Shown in pieces: positions 19,817-29,397 of a stretch of 64,000 bases of DNA. The notes beneath the pieces are model-generated. The model searched no databases. It saw only the letters and a list, made by a program, of their open reading frames with translations, and had not been told where the DNA came from. The stretch comes from Planctomycetota bacterium. GTDB taxonomy: Bacteria > Planctomycetota > UBA1135 > UBA2386. The DNA lies in contig OZ245838.1 of the NCBI GenBank assembly GCA_965228735.1, positions 4,928,001-4,992,000 on the forward strand, given 5' to 3'. Position 1 is the stretch's first letter. The number at the start of each line of letters is the position of its first letter. A program made the translations under genes and the position numbers.

Positions 19817-22159
19817 TTAGCGGATCTCGGCGTCGCCGCCGCCGGAGACCGCGTTGATGCTGCCGAACTCGACGACCTGGGTGAAGATGTGCAGGCCGGT
19901 GAACGCGCCGTTGTTGGGGATCGACATGCTCCACGTGGACGAGCCGCCCGCTTGCGGGAGGAACTCGACGGCGTCGGCCTGCGCGATCAGGAGGCAGTTG
20001 GCGGCGAAGCCGAACGGGCTCAGCAGCTGGAAGTCCTGCGCGAGGCCGATCACCATGAACGCCGCGCCGCCGCCGAGGTTGTCGGCGTCGAGCTGGAACG
20101 TGGTGCCGAGTGCCGGCAGGCTCACGAGGCTCTGCTGCGGGATGCCGTTGCTGCCCGTGCAGCCCGCGCCGTACGTCGTCCAGGTCGCGGCGGTGCAGAG
20201 GAAGTCGTCGATGCGGAACGCGTCGACCGCGCCCTCGGTGACCGAGTTGTTCGGCTGATCGGCGATCGAGTAACGGATCACGACCTGGCTCAGGTTGGTC
20301 ACGTAGTCGAGCACCCGGAACTGGTGCATCGCCCAGTCCTGGTCCGAGTTCAGAGTCTCGACCACGGTCCAGTTGCCGCCGCCGTTCTCCGAGATCTCGA
20401 CCGTCATCACGTCCGAACCGGTGGTCTCGAACCACAGCGCGTGGTTCACGATCGGGTCGTTCGTGGTGCTCAGGTCGAACGTCTCCGTCCGCAGCACGGT
20501 CGGGCCGCCGTCGACGTCCTCGTTGTTGCTGTTGCCGGTCACCCAGCACTGGCCGCTGCCGTCGAAGTCGGTGCTCGGGCCGCGCGAATCGATCGGCGTG
20601 CCGCGCGTCCATGCGCCGGTCTGCAGGTTCGAGTTGATCACGGTCCAGCCGGCCGGCGTCGTGTTGAAGTTGTAGTTGCGCAGCGTGGCGGTGTTCTCCG
20701 CCGAGATCGCCGAGTGCACCGTGCCGGGCGCCTGCCGCGGGTCGGTGTAGGTCGTGTTGCCCGCGTCCTGCGCCGAGACGTAGTACTCGACCGTCGTCAG
20801 GCACGCCGAAGTCGGGAACGTGGCTTCGTACTGGCCGCCGCCGAGCGCGGTCGGCGTGAGCACCTGGAACGGGCCGCCCGTCGACACGTGGAAGCGCACC
20901 GAGCCGGCCTGCGCCGGGACGGGGCCGCCGACGTCGAAGCGCAGCGTCGTCGAGCCGTCCGGCGCGACCACGTTCGGGCGCCCGTTCGGGAACGTGAACT
21001 CGATCGACGGGCAGTCGCAGATGCCCTGCGGGTTGGCGAGCGCCGCCTGTAGCGCCGGATGGTTGAGGCCGGTGCTCGCGTTGGAGCCGCCCGACGAGTT
21101 GCAGCCGCCGTGGGTGTGGATGCCGATCGCGAGGTTGGTGCCGTCGACGATCACGGGCGAGCCCGAGTTGCCGCCGGTCGTGTCCGTGACGTAGCGCACG
21201 GTCGTCCCGGAGAACGATGCGAGCGGCCCCGCGTGCGTCTTCTGCACGACGTTCCAGGTGGGTGAGACCGGCGACGAGACCGTGCCGTAGCCCGTGATGC
21301 GGATCGTCGAGAAGCTGGTCGACGGCTGGTTGAGCACGTAGGTCTGGCCACCGTTGGCCTGGAACGGCGTCAGGTTCGTCGTCGAGTTCGCGAACACGCC
21401 GAAGTAGGCCCAGTCGTCGCCGACGCCCTGGCCGCCGTTGGTCTGGAGCGACGCGGGATCGACCGCGTACTGGTCCTGCGGCGGCGGGTTGTTCGAGCTG
21501 CCGCTGCCGCTCGACAGCGGCACGTTGAACTGCACGATCTGGATGTTCGACGCGCTGCCGGCGCAGTGGCCGGCCGTCAGGAAGCAGTGCTGGCAGTCGT
21601 CGATGAGCCAGGACGTGCAGCCCGTCGGCCGGTTGCGTGCCGCGCGCGGATCCGAGCTCAGAACGCGGTCGTCGGTGTTGCCGCAGATCGAGTCCTCGCC
21701 GACGTCCGGTTCGATCTCCGCCCCGTCGATGATCAGGCGGTTGCTGCCGGTCCCGGGCTGGGCCCAGATCTCGACGAGCACGGAGTTGCCGTTGAAGTAG
21801 GCCGACGTCTGCCGGAACTGCTCGACGTGCACGAGGTGCTGCGTCTGGAAGTAGCCGTCACGCAGCGATGTGATCTTGAGGAACGAGCCGTCCGCGCCGC
21901 GGTCGCGCGCGCCGGACAGCAGGATGCTCTCGTACTCGAGGCGGATCGACGCCGCGCCGGGCACGGTCACGACCGTGGACCAGACGACGGCCGGGATGCC
22001 GCGCGCCGTGATCGACGCGTTGGTGTTCGCGACGTAGCCGGAGTCGTGGCGCAGGGTGTGGTGGACGCTGCGGTCGGGAGCGACCTGGGCGGAGAGGGAC
22101 GGGGCGGCGATCAGCAGCGCGAGAGCTGCGACCGCGACGCGGTGGGGAGCGTGTTGCAT
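19817..22159 (-). CDS. Secreted trypsin-like (S1) serine protease with additional C-terminal domains
   Basis: Signal peptide; catalytic triad LTAGHC / DDWAYF / DTTGGNSGSPV; C-terminal YGAGC domain. Confidence 0.88.
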   Translation of the reverse strand: MQHAPHRVAVAALALLIAAPSLSAQVAPDRSVHHTLRHDSGYVANTNASITARGIPAVVWSTVVTVPGAASIRLEYESILLSGARDRGADGSFLKITSLRDGYFQTQHLVHVEQFRQTSAYFNGNSVLVEIWAQPGTGSNRLIIDGAEIEPDVGEDSICGNTDDRVLSSDPRAARNRPTGCTSWLIDDCQHCFLTAGHCAGSASNIQIVQFNVPLSSGSGSSNNPPPQDQYAVDPASLQTNGGQGVGDDWAYFGVFANSTTNLTPFQANGGQTYVLNQPSTSFSTIRITGYGTVSSPVSPTWNVVQKTHAGPLASFSGTTVRYVTDTTGGNSGSPVIVDGTNLAIGIHTHGGCNSSGGSNASTGLNHPALQAALANPQGICDCPSIEFTFPNGRPNVVAPDGSTTLRFDVGGPVPAQAGSVRFHVSTGGPFQVLTPTALGGGQYEATFPTSACLTTVEYYVSAQDAGNTTYTDPRQAPGTVHSAISAENTATLRNYNFNTTPAGWTVINSNLQTGAWTRGTPIDSRGPSTDFDGSGQCWVTGNSNNEDVDGGPTVLRTETFDLSTTNDPIVNHALWFETTGSDVMTVEISENGGGNWTVVETLNSDQDWAMHQFRVLDYVTNLSQVVIRYSIADQPNNSVTEGAVDAFRIDDFLCTAATWTTYGAGCTGSNGIPQQSLVSLPALGTTFQLDADNLGGGAAFMVIGLAQDFQLLSPFGFAANCLLIAQADAVEFLPQAGGSSTWSMSIPNNGAFTGLHIFTQVVEFGSINAVSGGGDAEIR

Positions 22160-22328
22160 CGGAAGCGGAGGAGGCGCAGGCCGCAGAAGCATACCGAAGC
22201 CGCGGCGCGACGGGGGAACCGGCCGACAAGCGGGAGCGGCCGAACGGGCGTTCTCGCCGACGGTTCGGATTCGGCTGCCGGATCGGCTGGTTTGGGTCCA
22301 CGTACCGAGGCATCCTTGCGATCGGCGC

Positions 22329-24056
22329 ATGCTCCACACCCTCCACATCCGCAATCTGGCTCTGATCGACGCGGCCGAGATTCGCTTCGCCGAAGGTCTC
22401 ACTGTGGTCTCCGGTGAGACGGGCGGCGGGAAATCGCTGCTGATCACCGCGCTCGCGCTGCTGCGTGGCGAGAAGGCCGCCGGCCACCTCGTGCGCCACG
22501 GCCAGAAGGAACTGCAGGTCGACGGCGAGTTCCGACTCGGGCACGGCGAGCGCAGCCACGTCGTCGCGCGCATCGTCGCGGAGGTCTGCGACGGCGCGAT
22601 CGAGGACGACCTGCTGCTCGTGACGCGGATCGTCGATCGGCAGGGTCGCACGCGCGTGCGCATCGGCGGGCGCCCCGCGACGCTGTCCGCGTTGCGGCGA
22701 CTCGGCAACGTGCTGCTCGAGATCCACGGCCAGGGGGATTCGCGCGCGCTCATGCGGCCCGAGATCCAGTGCGAGACGCTCGACGCGTTCGCCGGCACGG
22801 CCGGCTTGCGGCGCGAGTTCGCGGCGGCGCTGCGCGTGGCCCGGCAGGTGCGCGAGCGCCTCGACTCGCGCACGGCCGACGATCGTGAGCGGCGCCAGCG
22901 GCTCGAGTTCTTGCGCTTCCAGCAGGACACGATCCGCGAGCTCGACCTCGGCGAAGGTGAACTCACGGGGCTCGAGCAGGAGCATCAGGTGCTCGAGAAT
23001 CTCGGCGCCGTTCAACAGCAGCTCGACGTCGCGCTCGATGCGCTGCAGGACGGCGAGCAGAACGCGACCGACGCGTTCGCGCTGGCTGCCCGGGCCGTGC
23101 AGCAGGCTGCTGCGGTCGACGCGCGCCTCGAGGAGGTCGCCACGCGCCTCGGCGAGATCGAAGAGCTCACGGCGCAGGCGTGCCGCGACCTGCAGTCCGG
23201 CCGCGCGCGGCTCGATCTCGACCCGCAGCGCCTGCACGAGGTGCGGAGTCGCCTCGACGACATCCACGACGTGCTGCGGCGCTTCGGCCCCACCGAGGCC
23301 GAGCTGCGGCAGAACGCGGAGACCGCGGCCGCGGAGTTGCTGGCGGCCGAGGACGAGATGGCCGATCCCGAGGCGCTCGCCGTCGAGCTGCGGGACGCGA
23401 CGAAGGCGCTCGAGAAGCTCGGCACCAAGCTGATCAAGGCGCGCGTCAAGGCGAGCAAGTCGTTCTGTGCGCGCGTTCGCAGCGAGCTGCAGGAGCTCGG
23501 CATGCCGCACACCGAGGTGCGGATCGCGATGCTCGAGAAGTTCGATCCGGCGCGGGTGCTCGACGACGCGACCGATCACGGTCCGGTGCCCGTCGACATC
23601 GAGGTGAGGATCAATCCGGGCGAGCCGTTCCACTCGATGCGCGACACGGCGTCGGGCGGCGAACTCGCGCGCATCGTGCTCGCCGTGAAGAAGACGCTCG
23701 CGGATCAGGACCGCGTGCCGCTGCTCGTGCTCGACGAGATCGATTCGGAGATCGGCGGGCGTCTCGGCCTCGCCGTTGGCCGCATGCTGCACGAGGTCGG
23801 CAAGAACCACCAGGTCGTGATCGTCACCCACCTCGCCCCCGTCGCGGCGTGGGCCCAGCACCACTTCCTCGTGCAGAAGCACGTCGACGCCGACACCGGC
23901 GGCGAACGCACGCGGTCCGTCGTCACGCAGCTCGAAGGCCGTCAGATCGAACGCGAGATCGCCGCGATGGCCGCCGGCGACGAGACGGACGCGGCGGCGC
24001 TGAAGCAGGCCCGGCGATTGGTGGAGAGGGCGCGCGAACTTGGCGAGCAGGCCTGA
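22329..24056 (+). CDS. recN: DNA repair protein RecN
   Basis: LHIRNLALID, SGETGGGKS, EIHGQ, ASGGELARI, LDEIDSEIGG, VTHL. Confidence 0.95.
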   Translation: MLHTLHIRNLALIDAAEIRFAEGLTVVSGETGGGKSLLITALALLRGEKAAGHLVRHGQKELQVDGEFRLGHGERSHVVARIVAEVCDGAIEDDLLLVTRIVDRQGRTRVRIGGRPATLSALRRLGNVLLEIHGQGDSRALMRPEIQCETLDAFAGTAGLRREFAAALRVARQVRERLDSRTADDRERRQRLEFLRFQQDTIRELDLGEGELTGLEQEHQVLENLGAVQQQLDVALDALQDGEQNATDAFALAARAVQQAAAVDARLEEVATRLGEIEELTAQACRDLQSGRARLDLDPQRLHEVRSRLDDIHDVLRRFGPTEAELRQNAETAAAELLAAEDEMADPEALAVELRDATKALEKLGTKLIKARVKASKSFCARVRSELQELGMPHTEVRIAMLEKFDPARVLDDATDHGPVPVDIEVRINPGEPFHSMRDTASGGELARIVLAVKKTLADQDRVPLLVLDEIDSEIGGRLGLAVGRMLHEVGKNHQVVIVTHLAPVAAWAQHHFLVQKHVDADTGGERTRSVVTQLEGRQIEREIAAMAAGDETDAAALKQARRLVERARELGEQA

Positions 24057-24333
24057 GAAGGGGGGGGGCGGCCCGCGGCTGGTGCTCGCGATTGCCGGGT
24101 TCAACGTCGCCGTCTTCCTGGCTGTGTTCGCCGTGACGTTCTCGTTGCTGACCTACACGCCCGAGGCGGAGCGCGGCGGACTCTGGACGGCTGTCGCCAT
24201 CGGCGCGGCGAGCATCGGCTTGGTTGCGCTCTCGTCGCGTCGGATGCCGCGCGGCGGCATCCCGATCGTGATCCCGGTCGTCGGGATCGCTTGCTCGGGC
24301 ATCTGGGTGGCTCTCGCCCGCCTTCTCGGGTGA
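24040..24333 (+). CDS. Small 3-TM membrane protein
   Basis: Three hydrophobic segments; overlaps the recN end. Confidence 0.55.
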   Translation: MASRPEKGGGGPRLVLAIAGFNVAVFLAVFAVTFSLLTYTPEAERGGLWTAVAIGAASIGLVALSSRRMPRGGIPIVIPVVGIACSGIWVALARLLG

Positions 24334-24428
24334 CCTGCCGAATTCGGTATCTCGGCTGACACCGCGAGCGTCACGGCCGCCGCCCGGCGAACACCAAGCG
24401 CTCACCCGCAGTGAGGCGCACGGCTGCG

Positions 24429-24824
24429 CTACTTCTTTGCGGTCTTCTTCGCGGTCCTTTGCGCGCCCTTCTGCGCGCCCTTTTCTTGGCCGGCCTTCGT
24501 CGTCGGCTTCGCCGGCAGCGTCGCGGCGTAGGCGACGCTCCGCTTGAAGTAGCGCGCCAGCGCCTTCTTGTCGCGCTGCAGCTTCGTCGGCACCTCGACG
24601 TAGCCGCGCATCGTCGCCCCGTATTGGATCACGGGGCCGGTGCCATGCTGCTCCATGAACGCGTCCCGTTCTTCGTCTCCGAACCGCAACGCGATCGCCC
24701 CCGCCATCGTGACGAACGCGAACATGTTGCCGTTCATTGCGCAGTAGCGCGACTTGGCGCCCTTCACCTGGACGTCGGGAACGGTCGCCACCATGGCTTC
24801 GAAGTCGGCGCGGGTGTCGGGCAT
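24429..24824 (-). CDS. TfoX/Sxy N-terminal-domain protein with Lys-rich tail
   Basis: NGNMFAF...IALR, GATMRGYVEVP, YAATLPAK; tail KKTAKK. Confidence 0.8.
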   Translation of the reverse strand: MPDTRADFEAMVATVPDVQVKGAKSRYCAMNGNMFAFVTMAGAIALRFGDEERDAFMEQHGTGPVIQYGATMRGYVEVPTKLQRDKKALARYFKRSVAYAATLPAKPTTKAGQEKGAQKGAQRTAKKTAKK

Positions 24825-24949
24825 CGCGGCAGTGTAGCCGAGTGCCAACGGCAAGCGCCCGCGTCCATCGCCAGCCGGGGCTGGTCAACGGACGCGGGCG
24901 CCGCGCGGAACGTGCCGGCGCCGGACAGCGCTGGCCGTTCGAGGGACGA

Positions 24950-26938
24950 TCAGTTGAACGTCGCCGTGTAGACGTCCGTGAACGCCGAGTCGATGCCCGA
25001 GATCGCGCACGCGGCCGGGCTGCCGAGCAGGTCGGCGGCCTGGATGTTGATCGGCAGGCCGGCGAACGCCGTGTCGCACGGCACGTTCAGCGTGACCGTG
25101 TCGCCGAAGATCCAGTTGCCGTCCGTGATCGCGACGCACGGGCAGGCCGGGAACGGCAGGGTGATCGGGCCGAGCAGACCGAAGCCGATGAACGGGATGC
25201 CGGTGCCGCCGGTCGCGGTCGCCGTGACGCTGCTGCCGATGGCGGGCGTGCCCGTGAAGTCGAGGTCGTAGCCCGCGACGTTGCACGCGCTCGACGCCGT
25301 GCTCGTGATCGACCCGGTGCCGTCACCGGTGAGCACCTCGAGCTCGAACTGACCCGCGGCGCCGTTGAAGCCGCCGACACGCACGTAGTAGGTCGTGCCG
25401 TCCGCGAGCGTCGCCGTCGCCGACGACTGGCGGGTGCCGCTGCACGGGCCGCTGCTCGCGTCGTCGTTGCAGGCGAGCGAGGTCAGGCTGCCGCACGAGC
25501 CGTCGAGGATCTCGATCGCCGTGTCGAAGTCCGCGCCGCAGGTGCGGAACGTGTGGGGCGCGTCGCACGTCGCCGTGAACGTGAACCAGACGTCGTTGCC
25601 ACCGGAGGCGCACGGCCACGGCTCGACCGAGGTCGTCGCGCAGCGCGTGTCGAACGGGCCGTTGGCGCCGATCGCGACCGACACCGCGCCGGCGCAGTCG
25701 TCGTTGGCCAGCGCGACCGGGGTCGCCGTGATGTTGACGTCGTGGATGCCGGTAGCCGAGCTGAAGCCGCCGACGCGGATCAGGTAGGTCGTGCCGGCGA
25801 TCACGCCCGTGAGCGCGACCTCGGACTGGACCCCGCCGCCCGCGTCATCGTTGCAGCCAACGGACGTGAGGTTGCCGCAGGAGCCCTCGAAGACTTCGAG
25901 CACGGTGTCGAACGTCGAGTTGAACGTATCGATCGTGAGGTCGCCGCAGTCCGTCGCCGTGTAGCTGTACCAGACGTCGCCGCCGCTCACGAAGCCGCAG
26001 CCCCAGCTCGGGCTCGAGACGCTCGAGCCGGTGCTGTCGAAGCCGACGTTCGGGCCGTTCACGACCGTGGTCGCGCACGCGCACTCGTCGTTGAAGCTGC
26101 CGACCGACGGCGCGTTGACGACCGTCACGTTGAACAGGCCGGTCCCGACCGTGGCGCCGAAGTCGCCGACGCGGAAGATGTAGTCCGTCCCGGCGAGCAC
26201 CGGGATCGTGACCTCCGAGAACAGGCCCGGGCCGCCGTCGTCGTCGCACGCGAGCACGGTGCCGCCGCAGCCGTCCCACGCTTCCATGACGGTGTCCGAC
26301 AGCGAGCCCGCGCCGGCCGAGCTCGTCGTCACGGTCAGCATGCCGTCGCAGCTCGCCGTGTGGACGAACCACAGGTCGCTGTTGAGCGAGCTGCAGGTCG
26401 AAGGCGGCGCCGACGTGGTCGCACCGAAGTTGTCGAACGGACCGTTGAGTCCGTCGAAGATCGCCGTCGCACCCGAGCACTCGTCGGGCGAATCGTAAGC
26501 GACGTTCACATCGTGGATGCCGGTCGCGGTGCTGAAGCCGGCGACGCGGGCGTAGACCGTGACGCCGCCACCGACGAGAACCGTGACCGAGGACTGCAGC
26601 ACGCCGCCGCCGATGTCGTCATTGCAGCCGATGACGCTGCCACCGCAGCTGTCCCAGAGTTCGAGGATCGTGTCGAACGTCGAGTTGATCGTGTCGATCG
26701 TCAGCGTGCCGGCTGGGCCGGCCGGCGTCGTGAACGAATACCAGACGTCGCCGCCGGTCGCGGCCACGAAGCCGCACGAGATCGCGGGTGAGGACACCGT
26801 GGATCCGGTGCTGTCGAAGCCGACGTTCGGGCCGAGGACGAGGGGCGTGGCCGTCGTGCATTCGTCCTGAGCGCTGGCCAGGGAGGACAAGGCGGCAGCC
26901 GTGACGAGCGTCACGAGGCGAGGCAATGAATTCTGCAT
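24950..26938 (-). CDS. Secreted protein with four tandem Cys-containing beta (PPC-like) repeats
   Basis: Signal peptide; four units of DEC..A...GPN...DVW(Y/F)...FDT.LE..D.CG....CNDD......Y..RV.GF. Confidence 0.85.
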   Translation of the reverse strand: MQNSLPRLVTLVTAAALSSLASAQDECTTATPLVLGPNVGFDSTGSTVSSPAISCGFVAATGGDVWYSFTTPAGPAGTLTIDTINSTFDTILELWDSCGGSVIGCNDDIGGGVLQSSVTVLVGGGVTVYARVAGFSTATGIHDVNVAYDSPDECSGATAIFDGLNGPFDNFGATTSAPPSTCSSLNSDLWFVHTASCDGMLTVTTSSAGAGSLSDTVMEAWDGCGGTVLACDDDGGPGLFSEVTIPVLAGTDYIFRVGDFGATVGTGLFNVTVVNAPSVGSFNDECACATTVVNGPNVGFDSTGSSVSSPSWGCGFVSGGDVWYSYTATDCGDLTIDTFNSTFDTVLEVFEGSCGNLTSVGCNDDAGGGVQSEVALTGVIAGTTYLIRVGGFSSATGIHDVNITATPVALANDDCAGAVSVAIGANGPFDTRCATTSVEPWPCASGGNDVWFTFTATCDAPHTFRTCGADFDTAIEILDGSCGSLTSLACNDDASSGPCSGTRQSSATATLADGTTYYVRVGGFNGAAGQFELEVLTGDGTGSITSTASSACNVAGYDLDFTGTPAIGSSVTATATGGTGIPFIGFGLLGPITLPFPACPCVAITDGNWIFGDTVTLNVPCDTAFAGLPINIQAADLLGSPAACAISGIDSAFTDVYTATFN

Positions 26939-27145
26939 GGTCTCCAAAGGGTTGCGGGGCATTCGAGGGGTGGGTCGCGGGCCGTTTTTCATGGCGAGAT
27001 GCGAGTCCCCTTTCGAGCGGCCGCCAGGGATATCCGATCGGAGCGGTGTCGGTCAAAGCCGATTCGCGCGGCCCGTGCAATTCGCGAATCGGTTGAAGAT
27101 GGCGACCTGACTTTCTCGAGAGCGAGCATCGGCTATCATCCCCGG

Positions 27146-28060
27146 ATGTTCCTACCGCTCGTCCGCCGGATCGTCGTCGCTGGCACCACGTTGGGGCTGG
27201 CGGCGCTGCCGGTCGCCCAGGACCGCAAGTCCGACCAGGCGCCGGCCAAGGTCGATCGGCCCGCGCCGCGGCCGCTCAAGGGCTCGAACGAGCGTCACGT
27301 GCCGCAGCCGCCGCGGTTGCTGCCGGGTCGGCCGGGCCGCGATCCCGGCATCGCGGCGGCCAAGCTGCCCGCGGCCGATGCGGGAGTCGTGGCGTTCACG
27401 GCGGCCATGGACCCGCCGGCCGTCGCGCCGGGCGGCGCCGGCACGATGACGGTAGTCATGGCGCTGACCGGGGATGCGGTGCTGCCCGAGCCGCCGCCGG
27501 CGAAGTTCACGTTCGCCGGCCGTCAGGGCGCGCTGCTCGTGACGGGCCAGCCGACGTTCCGACCGGCCGAGTCTCCGGGCAGCGCGCCCGCCCTCAAAGG
27601 CCTGCCGTGCTACGACGACTTCGCGATCTTCGACGTGCCGTTCACCGTCGACGCGGCCGCGCCGATCGGCGTCCACGAACTCGAGGTGGCGATCCAGTTC
27701 GAGCTGTGGAACGGGCAGAAGGGCGGGCTGATCGGTCGGTTTCTCGATCCGGTTTCGGCCCAGGTCACGGTCGCTCGAACGGTCGCCGAGTCCACCGCTG
27801 GGGCGGATGCCGGCGCGCAGTCCCCCGCGCCGACCGACGGCGGGAGCGACGCGATGGTCTCGACAGCCGCTGCCGGGGCCGCGGGCTCGACCGGCATCGG
27901 CGGCGATGGCGGCGACCCGGCGGCAACCGCGCCGGTCGCGGGCACCGACGCGGCGGACGGGCGCGAGCCCGGTGGTCCGTCGTTCGTCCTGCTCCTCGCG
28001 GGCGTCGGCGCGATCGTCGCGCTGCTCGCGATCGTGCTCGCGTCGCGGTCGCGCAGCTGA
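27146..28060 (+). CDS. Exported DsbD-N-like Ig-fold protein with C-terminal TM anchor
   Basis: Signal peptide; beta-rich core; Ala/Gly/Pro linker; terminal hydrophobic helix followed by RSRS. Confidence 0.65.
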   Translation: MFLPLVRRIVVAGTTLGLAALPVAQDRKSDQAPAKVDRPAPRPLKGSNERHVPQPPRLLPGRPGRDPGIAAAKLPAADAGVVAFTAAMDPPAVAPGGAGTMTVVMALTGDAVLPEPPPAKFTFAGRQGALLVTGQPTFRPAESPGSAPALKGLPCYDDFAIFDVPFTVDAAAPIGVHELEVAIQFELWNGQKGGLIGRFLDPVSAQVTVARTVAESTAGADAGAQSPAPTDGGSDAMVSTAAAGAAGSTGIGGDGGDPAATAPVAGTDAADGREPGGPSFVLLLAGVGAIVALLAIVLASRSRS

Positions 28061-28125
28061 CGGTCGCGCCCGCCCGATTACCGCACGCCGCCGCTACCGC
28101 AAGAAGCCCCTAACGCACGAAGCCC

Positions 28126-29304
28126 CTACCGCACGAAGCCGTTGAACACGACGGTCTTGCTCGTGATCTTCGGGTGGTTGAGCGACACCTGGAGTTCGCC
28201 CTTCAACAGGCCACCCGGGAGTCCGGGCGGGGCGATGAGCTCGACGATCACGCCCTGCGCAGTCTTCTTCACGTTGGTCTGGATCTGCTTCGCCGCGGCC
28301 GTCGCGCCGACGACCTGCAGGGCTTCGACCGCGAGGTCCGTGCCGTCCGTCGCGCGGAACACGACCGCCGTGCGCTTGCCGTTCTTCTTGCTGATGCGGC
28401 CGAGGGACAGGAATCCCGGCGACACCGTGACGAGGTCGCGGACGTCCGCGTCGATTCGGACGCTGAAGCCCGTCATGGCCGGGATGTCGGTGGCGAACTT
28501 GAGCGTGCCGCCGTGGCCGGCCCCCTTCGCGATCGGGCCGTAGGTGCCGCGCACGCGCCAGACCGTGCGACCGTTCTGCTGCGTTCTCTCGGGTTCGATC
28601 GTCATGCCCTTCGGCGGCGGGCCGACGAGATCGATCCGAAAGTCGCGGCGGGAGGGGGAGCGCACGAGGAACGAGAAGTCACGTTGCTCGTCGCGACCCA
28701 TGACGCCGAGCTGGATCGACGCCGGCGACACGACGATCGCCGTGTCGCGCTGCACGTCGAGTCGCAGGCGCGACTGGTGTTCGTCCTCGTCCGTGGAGTG
28801 CACGTCGACGGTCAGAACCTTGCGGCCGGGCTTGCCGCGCAGGTCGGCGTGAATCTCGAGGACGCCGGACTCGCCCGCGGCGATCGAGATCTCCTCGACG
28901 GGGCGGCGGTCCACCTTGCCGTCTTCCGTCGCCACGAGTTCGTGGATCTCGAGCGGCTTCGGGCGCAGCCGGTACCGCCGTTCGCCGACCCTGACCTCGA
29001 TGTGCGAGCACGCGCAGCTCGCCGAGACCTTGCGCCACTGCACGGCGTGGTCGCGCGGGTTGCGGAACGCGAAGTCGCCCTTCACCTGATCGCCGGCCTC
29101 GTCGCCGCGGATCGTCTTCAGCGTAGTCGGAAACCAGTCGCTCGCCGGCGGGCGGAGCGCGGTCGGAGTGCGGCGCGCGGGATTCGGGGTGACTGGCCGA
29201 CCGGCCTTCGAGGTCGCGGGCGGTGCGTTCGACTCGGTTTCCGCGGCCTGCGCGGCGAGGGCAGCGGCGAGTGCGAGGGGGACGAACAGGTGGCTGGCGG
29301 GCAT
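28126..29304 (-). CDS. DUF1573-domain exported protein
   Basis: F.FRN...VSASCACS...IAAGESG motif followed by Ig-like repeats. Confidence 0.75.
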   Translation of the reverse strand: MPASHLFVPLALAAALAAQAAETESNAPPATSKAGRPVTPNPARRTPTALRPPASDWFPTTLKTIRGDEAGDQVKGDFAFRNPRDHAVQWRKVSASCACSHIEVRVGERRYRLRPKPLEIHELVATEDGKVDRRPVEEISIAAGESGVLEIHADLRGKPGRKVLTVDVHSTDEDEHQSRLRLDVQRDTAIVVSPASIQLGVMGRDEQRDFSFLVRSPSRRDFRIDLVGPPPKGMTIEPERTQQNGRTVWRVRGTYGPIAKGAGHGGTLKFATDIPAMTGFSVRIDADVRDLVTVSPGFLSLGRISKKNGKRTAVVFRATDGTDLAVEALQVVGATAAAKQIQTNVKKTAQGVIVELIAPPGLPGGLLKGELQVSLNHPKITSKTVVFNGFVR

Positions 29305-29397
29305 GGCGGGCCGAACATGATAGCCGCGTATCGGCGCCAGGGGCGGGTGGTCCGCGCGGGAACCGCGGCGCATGCGCTCCACCCGATCTGACCGGGC

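Noticed and set aside
24839..24848. TTGGCACTC (minus strand), a CIRCE half-site upstream of the TfoX gene
   Set aside because: The second half-site at 9-bp spacing is absent; the adjacent TACACT looks more like a -10 box.
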